Below are positions 1-8,925 of a stretch of 32,000 nt of DNA, piece by piece. The stretch covers positions 1,230,001-1,262,000 of the forward strand of contig CP008936.1 in the NCBI GenBank assembly GCA_000743035.1, read 5' to 3'. The translations under genes were made by a program, and so were the position numbers. The notes below the pieces were generated by a model. That model saw only the letters and a list, made by a program, of their open reading frames with translations. It did no database searches and was not told the origin of the DNA. The DNA comes from Candidatus Paracaedimonas acanthamoebae. Lineage in GTDB: Bacteria; Pseudomonadota; Alphaproteobacteria; Caedimonadales; Caedimonadaceae. How positions within the stretch are numbered: the first letter of the stretch is position 1; each line of letters starts with the position of its first letter.

Positions 1-48
1 TGCATGAATCTAGAATGCGACAATTGAAATACGAAGGAAAACAACAAA

Positions 49-1950
49 TTGAATAATTTAGGTAGAAATCTCATTTTATGGATTATTATTGGCCTCTTCC
101 TTACAGCCGTTTTTCATATGTTCCAAGGCGAAAAAGAACCCTCTCATAATAAAAACCTCATCTTTTCAGAATTCTTAAGTGATATCGAACAAGGAAATGT
201 GAAAGATGTTGTGATTAAAGGCGATGTTGTCAATGGTCGTTTATCCGATGGACGCTCGTTCTCAACCATTGTTCCTAACTATCCTCAACTTGTTGAGAAA
301 CTTACTGAAAAAGGTGTTGCAATTTCTGTTGCACCCGCTGAAGAAGGTGGATCGACCTTTTTCCAAATTTTAATCTCTTGGTTTCCTATGCTTCTTCTTA
401 TTGGCGTCTGGATTTTCTTCCTTCGTCAAATGCAATCAGGCAATAACCGGGCTTTAGGATTTGGAAAGTCGCGGGCACGCCTTTTGAATGAAAAAGCAGG
501 TCGCGTCATGTTTTCTAATGTCGCAGGATGTCAAGAAGCAAAAGAAGAAGTCTCTGAAATCGTTGAATATTTAAAAGATCCGCAAAAATTCCAAAAATTA
601 GGCGGAAAAATTCCTAAAGGCGTTCTTTTAGTTGGCTCTCCTGGAACTGGTAAAACACTTCTTGCACGCGCGATTGCGGGTGAAGCTAACGTTCCGTTCT
701 TCTCAATCTCTGGTTCTGATTTCGTTGAAATGTTTGTTGGTGTGGGTGCTAGCCGTGTTCGCGATTTATTTGAACAAGGTAAAAAGAATGCACCATGCAT
801 TATTTTTATTGATGAGATCGATGCTGTAGGCCGTCATCGTGGAGCTGGTCTTGGCGGTGGCAACGATGAACGTGAGCAAACACTGAACCAATTGCTTGTC
901 GAAATGGATGGCTTTGAATCAAATGAAGGTGTCATCCTGATTGCTGCGACCAATAGGCCCGATGTTCTTGATCCCGCTCTTATGCGTCCAGGCCGCTTTG
1001 ATCGTCAAGTTATTGTCCCCTTGCCAGATATTATAGGGCGTGAGGAAGTCCTTAAGGTTCATATGGCGAAAGTTCCTCTTGCCTCCGATGTCGATGCAAA
1101 AGTGCTTGCGCGCGGAACACCTGGTTTTTCTGGCGCAGACCTTGCCAACCTTGTAAATGAGGCTGCTCTTAATGCAGCTCGCCAGAATAAGCGCGCCGTG
1201 ACGATGAGCGATTTTGAACATGCCAAAGATAAAGTCATGATGGGGCCCGAAAGACGTTCCATGGTGATGACGGATGAAGAAAAGAAATTGACCGCTTATC
1301 ACGAAGCAGGACATGCCATTGTTGCCCTCCATACGATTGATTCTGATCCCATTCATAAAGCAACGATTATTCCTCGAGGCCGAGCCCTTGGTATGGTTGT
1401 ACGCCTTCCAGAAAATGATCGAGTTTCTATGTCGCGAGCCAAGCTTTTAGCAGACCTTGCCGTTGCCATGGGCGGAAGAATTGCTGAAGAGCTCATCTTT
1501 GGGGCTGAAAAAATTACGACGGGTGCTTCCTCTGATATTCGTCATGCAACCGAAATTGCTCGGCGTATGGTCACTGAATGGGGCATGAGCGACGCCATGG
1601 GTCCTTTAAGTTATGGGGAACCAACTCAAGAAGTGTTTTTGGGACATTCTGTCACTCAGCACAAAAATGTTTCCGATTCAACAGCAACTCAAATTGACAA
1701 AGAAATACGGAAAATCGTTGAGAATTCTTATGATCGTGCTCGTCAAATTCTAAGTAATAACCTCCATCAGTTACATGGTCTAGCTAAGGGCTTATTAGAA
1801 TATGAAACGCTTTCAGGCGATGAAATTAGCGCTTTATTAAAAGGTGAAAAGATTGAAAAAACGACATCTACATCACCTGACAAGCCTAAAAAGCCTCGCT
1901 CTTCAACACCAACACGAAAGCCAACTCTTTCGCCAGAGCCCTCTGCTTAA
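49..1950 (+). CDS. ftsH: ATP-dependent zinc metalloprotease FtsH
   Basis: 633-aa ORF with two N-terminal TM segments. Motifs: Walker A GSPGTGKT, Walker [10 protein letters not shown], second region of homology [19 protein letters not shown], zinc site HEAGHA. Apparent TTG start at 49 with AAGGA upstream. Confidence 0.95.
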   Translation: MNNLGRNLILWIIIGLFLTAVFHMFQGEKEPSHNKNLIFSEFLSDIEQGNVKDVVIKGDVVNGRLSDGRSFSTIVPNYPQLVEKLTEKGVAISVAPAEEGGSTFFQILISWFPMLLLIGVWIFFLRQMQSGNNRALGFGKSRARLLNEKAGRVMFSNVAGCQEAKEEVSEIVEYLKDPQKFQKLGGKIPKGVLLVGSPGTGKTLLARAIAGEANVPFFSISGSDFVEMFVGVGASRVRDLFEQGKKNAPCIIFIDEIDAVGRHRGAGLGGGNDEREQTLNQLLVEMDGFESNEGVILIAATNRPDVLDPALMRPGRFDRQVIVPLPDIIGREEVLKVHMAKVPLASDVDAKVLARGTPGFSGADLANLVNEAALNAARQNKRAVTMSDFEHAKDKVMMGPERRSMVMTDEEKKLTAYHEAGHAIVALHTIDSDPIHKATIIPRGRALGMVVRLPENDRVSMSRAKLLADLAVAMGGRIAEELIFGAEKITTGASSDIRHATEIARRMVTEWGMSDAMGPLSYGEPTQEVFLGHSVTQHKNVSDSTATQIDKEIRKIVENSYDRARQILSNNLHQLHGLAKGLLEYETLSGDEISALLKGEKIEKTTSTSPDKPKKPRSSTPTRKPTLSPEPSA

Positions 1951-2032
1951 AGGGAGCCAGAGAAAAAAGACGGATAAATAAACGTCATTTCGAGGCCTCT
2001 TCATCTATACTTGTGGCCGCACTAAATAATCT

Positions 2033-2341
2033 TTAGTGAAGCCTTGATCCTACAAGGTCTTTATGATGAAGAAGATTTAAGAGCTCTTTTGTACGCTTAC
2101 TTGATAAGTCATTTTTTTGTTGAAGAGTAAGATTTTTTTCTTCTTTTTTAAGAGAGTTTCCTCCTTGCTTCGACAAGTCAAGTTTCCTTGATTTGGAATT
2201 TTCCGAAGGATGCGACCATATTCTAGAAAAGGTATCCTCTTCTTGTCCAAAAGTCGTTACAGCCTCCCCCTTAAAAGATAGAAAAAGAGAAGTGGCAAAT
2301 AAAAAAGAAGTCATCACTTTTGTTGTTAAGATATATTTCAT
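2033..2341 (-). CDS. hypothetical small secreted protein
   Basis: 102-aa ORF with a hydrophobic N-terminal signal-like segment (MKYILTTKVMTSFLFATSLFLSF) and a charged, low-complexity remainder. AGGA lies just upstream of the ATG. No recognisable domain. Confidence 0.4.
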   Translation of the reverse strand: MKYILTTKVMTSFLFATSLFLSFKGEAVTTFGQEEDTFSRIWSHPSENSKSRKLDLSKQGGNSLKKEEKNLTLQQKNDLSSKRTKELLNLLHHKDLVGSRLH

Positions 2342-2639
2342 ATTCCTGATCTCTTTAAAGTTTCACTATACTTTTAGAGTAGCAATATAAAGTTAATACT
2401 TCATTAATTTTGCCACAATGTAACAATACTCTTTTTCTTTTCACTTGCTTTTTGGGGAATCAACTTAAAAGGCATAAAAGATTCGTATGGACATAGACGA
2501 AAAATATATTCCTTAGAAATTTTAAAGGAATACATAAAGTTATCTCCCTTTATGAAAAGAATAAGCGTTGAGAGCTTGAAGAATAGAAAATGATATTTAA
2601 GCAAGAAATTAAAAAAAGCTTAATCCATGTCCTCTCTCT

Positions 2640-3318
2640 AAAAATCTATAGCTTTTATTTTTCCTTCAAACTCTATCATGGCGTTACTAGGTGAGCGGTC
2701 TTTTAAATTAGGTATACTTTTTGAAGATCTTCTAAAAACTGAGCATATTGAGGGGAATGAGAAAGCCCTGCTTGTAAAACAGTTTCTCTCAGAAGTGGGG
2801 AGACACTCGCCTTGTAAGTCATATCAATGAGGAAGATTACATAATTCTTTTATTCTTTGACTTCTCTCATTATCTCCATGAAATCTATATTTCATCATCG
2901 CCCAGTCAGCCAAGTTAGAGGATGGCCATCGATATACTTTCATTGCAAATTCTTCTTGAGTGTCAGGATCAATAGCCTTGAAAACGAGCCCGTATATTCT
3001 ACTTCTTCACAAAGTAGAAACTAAAAAATTTTTTTCAATACTGACGCTAGGATATTTAATAATTGTACCGTCTTCTTGTGTATAATCTAAATAACGAATC
3101 GTCCAACCAGGATAAGAATCAGGATTAAAGTTTGCTGAATTCATAAAAAATTGAGAAGTAGAAATCTTGACTAAAATTAGTTGTGTTGGATACTGGGGTT
3201 CATAACCATGCCTCAATCTGTCTTCAATTTCGGCCCCCAATCTCCTTAGTTGAGAAAATGCTTCTAAATTTTGATCTTCCTTACTTAAAGAGGCATGAAG
3301 AGAGGGAGAAAAAAAAGT
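2640..3318 (-). pseudogene. decayed gene remnant of unknown function (weak protein-kinase N-lobe-like motif)
   Basis: One minus-strand frame stays protein-like from about 3318 to about 2830 but lacks an ATG start. It is interrupted by in-frame TGA codons at 3004-3006 and near 2828. Downstream, the protein-like reading (MTYKASVSPLLRETVLQAGLSHSPQYAQFLEDLQKVY) switches frame. The segment YGLVFKAIDPDTQEEFAMKVY resembles kinase subdomains I-II. Confidence 0.4.
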
Positions 3319-3477
3319 TTACTAAATTAAATAAAATGACAAAAAGTAAATAATATAATTTTATGATTCTTCTTATTTTTTAAATTTTAAAAGAATATTT
3401 ATAGTAAATATCTAGCTATATTTTTTCTAAATTTCAATCATTCAATAAATCATAAGAGATGACGCAGGAACTTTAAT

Positions 3478-3651
3478 TTATTGGCACGCATCCAGAGCAA
3501 TGATCGAATAAGGACCCTCAGTATAATCAATGGGAATTTTGGCCTGAAGCGTTCCGCGATGAAACGCTATACTCAATGCCGAAAGTATAAGAGCAGAAAA
3601 AACAAGAAGTAATCGCTTCAACCACTTGCTTTCAAAGAGTTTTTTAATCAT
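3478..3651 (-). CDS. hypothetical small membrane protein (57 aa)
   Basis: Not in the supplied ORF track because it is under 60 aa. ATG at 3651 is preceded by GAGGAGAAAAG. Translation: MIKKLFESKWLKRLLLVFSALILSALSIAFHRGTLQAKIPIDYTEGPYSIIALDACQ, with one clear TM helix. Divergent from the transglycosylase gene. Confidence 0.4.
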   Translation of the reverse strand: MIKKLFESKWLKRLLLVFSALILSALSIAFHRGTLQAKIPIDYTEGPYSIIALDACQ

Positions 3652-3776
3652 CTTTTCTCCTCTCTTTCGCCGTATCTAACCATAAGTTTAAATTATCTTA
3701 AATTGTTTAAGATTTTATTAAACTTTTAAGGTAAGACTGCATAACAGGTAACCATATTTTATTATCAACAGGGGGC

Positions 3777-4571
3777 ATGATGGTTGTTAAACTTGTTTTT
3801 CTCATCGTCAGTTTTCTGGCGACTTCACCGCTTTTTTCAAGAGCGCTGAACCATCATCATCATTATACGAATCATATGCGGCTCATAGAAAATAAACACC
3901 AGATCCCTACTGGCCTTTTAAGTGCAATCGCAAAGGTTGAATCTGGCCGATGGAGTGAAAAAGAAAAACAATTTGTCACCTGGCCTTGGGTCATTCATGC
4001 AAAAGGAGAAGGACACTACTTCTCGACAAAAGAGCTTGCCATTAAAGCGGTTGAAGAGCTGCAAGCAAAAGGCATTAAGAATATCGATGTTGGGCTCATG
4101 CAAATTAACCTTTTGTATCATCCTGATGCTTTTGAAACACTTGATCAAGCTTTTGATCCTCATCATAATGTTGAATATGCTGCACGTTTTTTGAAAGGCT
4201 TAAAGCAGAATCATAACTCTTGGCAAAAGGCCGTGGCTTATTATCATTCGGCGTCCCCTGCCCATCATCGCCCTTATACTAAAAAAGTCCTTAAAACATG
4301 GCGTGAAGAGCAAAAAAAGAATCCACGTCAAGCCTTTCTTCAAGAAAGATTTGCTTCTCAAGACCTTGCCTCTTTTGGTACAAAACCTGATCAAGGACAC
4401 AGGATTATTACCCCCCCTATCGACCGCCTCAAAATCTTTAAAGAACGAATGCAATTTCGTTATTATCAAGTTCGCGACCGCCTTTTTGAAGCTAAAAATT
4501 TGCGCCGTGGCAAAGTTTACCGTTTAAAGCCTGTTGAGTATAAAGCCACCACACAACCTCAAGTGAAGTAG
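3777..4571 (+). CDS. lytic transglycosylase (SLT domain) with signal peptide
   Basis: Signal-like N-terminus. SLT catalytic region LLSAIAKVESGRW (catalytic Glu-Ser), GLMQIN motif and AYYHS motif. Basic C-terminal extension. Confidence 0.85.
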   Translation: MMVVKLVFLIVSFLATSPLFSRALNHHHHYTNHMRLIENKHQIPTGLLSAIAKVESGRWSEKEKQFVTWPWVIHAKGEGHYFSTKELAIKAVEELQAKGIKNIDVGLMQINLLYHPDAFETLDQAFDPHHNVEYAARFLKGLKQNHNSWQKAVAYYHSASPAHHRPYTKKVLKTWREEQKKNPRQAFLQERFASQDLASFGTKPDQGHRIITPPIDRLKIFKERMQFRYYQVRDRLFEAKNLRRGKVYRLKPVEYKATTQPQVK

Positions 4572-4682
4572 AAACGCCATATCGGAAAATTTTTTTAGTA
4601 TCCTGATGATTCTCTTATTTCCATATTTAACATCTTAAAAAATGATGGTTTTTTATTTTAAATCCAATGACTAAATACGATG

Positions 4683-5384
4683 TTAATGGGTGTAGGAAAT
4701 AATAATATTTTCAAAAACTGATTGCAGGAGACAATCATCAATAAAATATTTCCTCAACTTTATAAGGTGTGTCTGTCCTTCAATATCTTTTACTGCAAAT
4801 GTTTCTCTTTGAGGATGTTTTTTAACAGCAGGTAAAAGCAGGTTAATATCTATCCAAAGAAATTCTTCTTTCTCCTTATATTCTTGAGAGATTTTATCCC
4901 CTAAAGAGCTTCTTTTATGATTAAGAATGCTCGCAGGCATATATTGGGAATTGTTAATCAAATAAACGGCATAAAAAATATCTCTGTCTTTTTTCTCAGT
5001 GTGAAATACAAAAGCATTTTTTAGAAGATCTTCTTGGCTAATTTTATATGTCTGAATACTTTCCTCTTCTAATTCTCGCAGCATATTCTCTAAAAATGTT
5101 GTCCCATCATGACTAACGCTTCCTCCAAAATCACTATATCTACCTGATTTTTCTGAGTTTCCTTCATTATTTTCTTTTCCTAAAAGCGCATATAGACGAT
5201 CATCCTTTTTATAGACTAAGATGACGCCCACTGTTCCTTTACGGGAAGGGATCTGGTTAAGTAACTTCTTATGAGAATATTCATTCTGCCTTTCTACATG
5301 CTCTTCTGCTTTAATAAAGGAGCCAAATAAATTGGAATTAAATAAAAAGCTTAGAATTAAAATAAATTTAATCGTTTTTTTCAT
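4683..5384 (-). CDS. secreted Nudix-family hydrolase (putative)
   Basis: Signal peptide MKKTIKFILILSFLFNSNLFGSFIKA. Near-consensus Nudix box FGGSVSHDGTTFLENMLRELEEESI, with REx2EE intact and the upstream Glu position substituted. Very AT-rich gene. Confidence 0.6.
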   Translation of the reverse strand: MKKTIKFILILSFLFNSNLFGSFIKAEEHVERQNEYSHKKLLNQIPSRKGTVGVILVYKKDDRLYALLGKENNEGNSEKSGRYSDFGGSVSHDGTTFLENMLRELEEESIQTYKISQEDLLKNAFVFHTEKKDRDIFYAVYLINNSQYMPASILNHKRSSLGDKISQEYKEKEEFLWIDINLLLPAVKKHPQRETFAVKDIEGQTHLIKLRKYFIDDCLLQSVFENIIISYTH

Positions 5385-5537
5385 TCTTTCCTCCTAAATA
5401 TTCATTAATAATATCTTTATATTTAATTTTCTAAAGCTTAAAAAATTTTTGTTTTTCTAATGTTACTTAAATGCATGGCCAGGGATTTTATTTGTCTTGC
5501 TTTTATTCGGCCTTTCTCACCCTTTGAGCTCCTTTAA

Positions 5538-5665
5538 AGCTTTTCTTCAAGCAAGAGATTTGCCTCACAAGATTTGGCCTCTTTTGATGAAAAGCTTGGT
5601 CAAGGACACAGGATCATTTCAACGAACTCCTGCCATATTTTTACTCAAACGCTTAAAATCAAAGC
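5538..5665 (+). pseudogene. diverged, frameshifted copy of the 3-prime end of the SLT gene
   Basis: Nucleotide similarity to 4329-4450. aaagcttttcttcaagcaagagatttgcctcacaagatttggcctcttttgatgaaaagcttggtcaaggacacaggatcatt aligns with caagcctttcttcaagaaagatttgcttctcaagaccttgcctcttttggtacaaaacctgatcaaggacacaggattatt. The alignment includes an identical 15-mer, tcaaggacacaggat. A 2-nt indel breaks the frame. Peptide echo: LASFDEKLGQGHRII versus LASFGTKPDQGHRII. Confidence 0.55.
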
Positions 5666-6312
5666 ATGCTTTTTAGACATTATATACTTTGTCAAAGATC
5701 CAAAATTCATCATTCACATGATGAATCTAACAGTCCGTTGTCTCACCTTTTTAAGGCATAGACCGACGTTCCGTCTTATAAGACGGTTCTACCTTATTGC
5801 TAATCATCAATTTTATCGTTGTTTGTTAAGCCAAAGAGTGCCCTGTTCACACTCTGCTCAAAAATATATTTTTCCTTTGCACGCACTATGGAAAAGCAGA
5901 GGTTTCAACCGATCTTCTATAAAAGTGGACTTTGTGTCCGCTTCCCTTCAAAAAGATTTTTAATAATTTATTGTTTTTATTATTCATTTTCATTTTTTTA
6001 CTCCCTATTTTTTTTATTCTATTTATGATTAAACTGTTTGTCAGAATGGCCTTTGTCTGACTCTTTACTATAGTTTTTTCAGTACATCTTAAATGTAACA
6101 AAAATTCAAGAAAATTGTACTTATTTCAGTATAAAGATAATTTTCTTAGTTATCAATTTGTTGCTAAAAATTCACTAAAAAATTCATAGCTTAAAGTAGA
6201 TAAATTCTTGGCCAAAACTCCAAGAAGAGAAATTTTCTTACCATCTTTATGAAAGAGAAAAGAAAGGAAAAGTTATTACTAAATTCTGCCCCAAGAAAGT
6301 TACTCTATCGGT

Positions 6313-7002
6313 TTAATCCGAGTCAGAAGAAGATTCAGAAGAAGATGATGAAGATTTATAGACTTCCGCAGAAAACTGACCATCCTTAAATTTAAAATAG
6401 CAAACCCCGCCTTGCTCTAATCTTAATTTTTGATGAGAGAGCCATTCAGCCAAAAACTCAAAGACTTTTTGATGAGAAACAATGATAAGCTCACCAGCAT
6501 CTTTTGGCGTTTTCTTAAGGATTGATATTAAGGTTTCTTGGACCCTTCTTCGAAAATTCTCTGTTGTTTCAGCATCATCAGGTTGATAGGCATAAGGATT
6601 CTCTCGAGGAGCTTTACGATAATCACCATAGTATCTTTCTTGTAACCCTGTAACTTGTTCTATAGGAACTACCTTATCAAGCTTATTCGCGAAAATTGTC
6701 GCTGTTTCAAAGGCTCTTTGAAGATGACTACTAACGATTATAGGACTATGGATATCTTTATGTTTTTTGACGGTCCAAAAGGCACCTTCTGCTTGGTGCC
6801 GCCCAGTATCGTTTAATTTTAGATCTTGAGGACCTTTTAATATATCATCTGGTCCCCAAGGCGTTTGCCCATGGCGGATAAAAAGAAAATCTCTTCCTTG
6901 TTCTTTTAGGTCTGTTGATGATGCCAAACAGCTATCTGTGGGACATATAACACTTGAAAAAAGCAAACTTAAAGAAGCAGTAAAGATTCTCATATTCATC
7001 AT
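6313..7002 (-). CDS. secreted histidine phosphatase (phosphoglycerate mutase-like superfamily) with Ser-rich acidic tail
   Basis: Signal peptide. RHG motif FLFIRHGQTPWG, SSHLQRAFETA segment, catalytic-His segment IIVSHQKVFEFL. C-terminal tail SSSSSSESSSDSD. GGAG lies 5 nt upstream of the ATG. Confidence 0.8.
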   Translation of the reverse strand: MMNMRIFTASLSLLFSSVICPTDSCLASSTDLKEQGRDFLFIRHGQTPWGPDDILKGPQDLKLNDTGRHQAEGAFWTVKKHKDIHSPIIVSSHLQRAFETATIFANKLDKVVPIEQVTGLQERYYGDYRKAPRENPYAYQPDDAETTENFRRRVQETLISILKKTPKDAGELIIVSHQKVFEFLAEWLSHQKLRLEQGGVCYFKFKDGQFSAEVYKSSSSSSESSSDSD

Positions 7003-7003
7003 T

Positions 7004-7360
7004 TTACTCCACGATTGTTGCTGCCCAGGTATTTCCCATATATGAAACTTTAAGAGGTGAACGTGTGTTCCCTGTCCATTCTTGCTGGATATCTGACGTC
7101 CAACATCCTTTCAATTTCAAAAATTCTTTTACGACTTGACCATGTGTGACAACTATAGGACGTTCCAAATCAGCCTTCAAGCACTTGCTTATAGCCCCTT
7201 TTATTCGTTCAAGAAAAGGGTCTCATTTCTCAGCATCTGGAACCTGAATCCCATTAAAGAAAGGGAGGGAATGTACGAAGAACGTTTAATTGTTGTGCAG
7301 TTGTGTTTGACTAAATAAAATCTATCAAACAACTATCTCCATAATGTTCGAAAAACAAAG
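7004..7360 (-). pseudogene. decayed tandem paralog of the histidine phosphatase
   Basis: The minus-strand C-terminal part reads FLERIKGAISKCLKADLERPIVVTHGQVVKEFL...TIVE*, a histidine-phosphatase C-terminal His motif. It ends one nucleotide before the start of the intact gene. Upstream fragments (PTLFFEHYGDS, SNTTAQQLNVLR) sit in different frames and are interrupted by several stops. Confidence 0.5.
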
Positions 7361-7479
7361 TTGGATTTATGCTATGTACGGAAACCTCCTATTCTGTTTT
7401 TCTCATATTTGCTATAATGTAGTAATAATTTAACCTAAAACTCAAATATATTAGTTATAATATTTAAAAAAAAGGAAAA

Positions 7480-8220
7480 ATGAACATGCATGCTATAAGC
7501 AAAATAGGAAATGTACTATTTTTAATTAACTTAATTATCGGATCTTTTTCTCTTTATGCTTCTTCGATTCAACATGAATATTCCTCAGAAGATGATGCAT
7601 CTGGTAGTCGCAGTCGTTCTAGTAGCGTAAGCAACTATTCTGATGGTATTTTTAAAGGAAGTTTTGAAGAGTATTTGAGACAAAATAGACTTTTAGATAG
7701 ATTTAAGAGATATGATCAAGAAGATATAGAGTGGAGAAAAACTCAACGTGAATCCTATTTAGAAGAAATGATAACAATTTTAAAAACAGATTGTTTGGAT
7801 CCCACAAAACTCTTAGAGATGGGTATTTTACAAGATGAGAGTGCTCATTCAGCCGCAACTATTCAAGTTATTTTAGAAAATATTCACAGATCAGCTGATA
7901 AGTCATTTCCTGAAGATTTATTTGATGGCGAAAATAATAAATCTGTCGGCACTTATAGACATACTTTTTGTAAGAAATACATAGAAGCGATCCAACAAGA
8001 AACAGGTTATCTCAAATTTTTACTACTTGAATATTCTTATTTGATGGGTGAAACTGTACCATCAGGTACTAAAGGGTCTGTGCGTCCTGATGTATACTGG
8101 CTAGAGAAAGGAATTGCGTTTGATTATAAAAATTGGGATGCAATTGTCTCTGATTTAGATACTGAAAAAGGTAAACAACACATCCCTAATTTCAAAAGGC
8201 TTATACAAATCAATCCTTAG
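7480..8220 (+). CDS. hypothetical secreted protein; C-terminal RPD...DxK (PD-(D/E)xK nuclease-like) signature
   Basis: 246 aa. Signal-like N-terminus (IGNVLFLINLIIGSFSLYASS), a Ser-rich acidic tract (SSEDDASGSRSRSSSVSNYSDG) and a helical middle. The C-terminus is LLLEYSY...GSVRPDVYWLEKGIAFDYKNWD. AAGGA lies upstream of the ATG. Confidence 0.6.
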   Translation: MNMHAISKIGNVLFLINLIIGSFSLYASSIQHEYSSEDDASGSRSRSSSVSNYSDGIFKGSFEEYLRQNRLLDRFKRYDQEDIEWRKTQRESYLEEMITILKTDCLDPTKLLEMGILQDESAHSAATIQVILENIHRSADKSFPEDLFDGENNKSVGTYRHTFCKKYIEAIQQETGYLKFLLLEYSYLMGETVPSGTKGSVRPDVYWLEKGIAFDYKNWDAIVSDLDTEKGKQHIPNFKRLIQINP

Positions 8221-8242
8221 AGGGAGAGGAGGGAAAAATAAT

Positions 8243-8752
8243 ATGAGTAATTATCTTTCTTGTAAATTATTAATGTTGGTATTGATGATATTTACCTCAA
8301 AAACTACTGTTAATGCCTCTGATCAAATTTCCTACCTTGAAGATAGTGAGTTTGGTAAAGTAACGGCCCAAACATTTGTTAAACTCGAAGAAGACAAACG
8401 ACTTGATCTATATGATAGATTTTTAGATCAATCGGATATTCAAAATCGGCTTACAAGTTTTATTGATGAACTCACTCAAATAAATGAAGAGGGAAACATA
8501 ATTTTTGAAGTAGGAGTTAATCTACGTGGTATGATGAAAAATATGCCTGAAACTGAGCTTAAAAACTTCCTATCACGAAAGGCAGCTGAGTGTATTATAC
8601 ATGCATATCTTCATCATTATCAATCTTCTGAATGTGTGGTCATGAATTATTTTAAACGTGCAAAACCAATTTTAGATCAATATAAAGAGGATAACCCTCA
8701 AATCTTTAAGCTTTTAGTTGACCTTGCTCAAGAAGGTTGGTGCAAGATTTAG
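8243..8752 (+). CDS. hypothetical protein co-transcribed with 7480-8220 (helical, signal-like N-terminus)
   Basis: 169-aa ORF starting 23 nt after the upstream stop. Strong RBS (GGAGAGGAGGGAAAAATAAT then ATG). N-terminal hydrophobic segment LLMLVLMIFTSKTTVNA. No recognisable domain. Confidence 0.6.
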   Translation: MSNYLSCKLLMLVLMIFTSKTTVNASDQISYLEDSEFGKVTAQTFVKLEEDKRLDLYDRFLDQSDIQNRLTSFIDELTQINEEGNIIFEVGVNLRGMMKNMPETELKNFLSRKAAECIIHAYLHHYQSSECVVMNYFKRAKPILDQYKEDNPQIFKLLVDLAQEGWCKI

Positions 8753-8871
8753 AGATTAAACTTTTGGAAAAATGATCTTCACAATACTTTAGGAGAATAG
8801 AGATCTACGGGTTTTCTGCCACCTTTGCGTCCCCTAGTGCGTGCAGCATAAGTAGCCCCTAAAAGATCATA

Positions 8872-8903
8872 TATAAAAAAAAAGAGGAGCTCACGGCTCC
8901 TCT
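8872..8903 (-). terminator. rho-independent terminator of the patatin-like gene
   Basis: Perfect 8-bp stem agaggagc(8883-8890)/gctcctct(8896-8903) with a 5-nt loop. On the minus strand the hairpin is followed by a run of 9 U (the A-run at 8875-8883 on plus). It lies 23 nt downstream of the stop at 8926. Confidence 0.7.
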
Positions 8904-8925
8904 CTTCCAATTTTTAAACGCACGT

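Noticed and set aside
531-1356. ORFs 531-800(-), 632-829(+), 919-1356(-) and 1059-1262(-) inside ftsH
   Set aside because: They are shadow frames overlapping a highly conserved FtsH coding sequence. Their translations are low-complexity or Arg/Ser-rich, with no motifs or RBS.
2404-2604. 66-aa minus-strand ORF (an internal 43-codon version has an AGGGAG RBS)
   Set aside because: It has a TTG start and no recognisable features, and it sits in the same decayed AT-rich stretch as the 2640-3318 remnant. It may be a further fragment of that pseudogene, so it is not reported as a gene.
2828-3006. In-frame TGA codons might indicate TGA-to-Trp recoding (genetic code 4), as in some reduced genomes
   Set aside because: Several well-conserved genes in this window terminate at TGA at their expected ends: the ferredoxin at 16741, Sco at 26341 and the DEAD-box helicase at 29835. 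TGA is therefore a functional stop here, and pseudogenisation is the simpler explanation.
5574-6101. ORFs 5574-5963(+), 5819-6028(+) and 5886-6101(-)
   Set aside because: They are AT-rich intergenic sequence with implausible, Phe/Ile/Lys/Cys-rich translations and mutually overlapping frames. Only the first roughly 90 nt of 5574-5963 is meaningful, as part of the SLT 3-prime remnant.
7136-7318. 60-aa plus-strand ORF
   Set aside because: It lies antisense to the histidine-phosphatase pseudogene and has no RBS or features.
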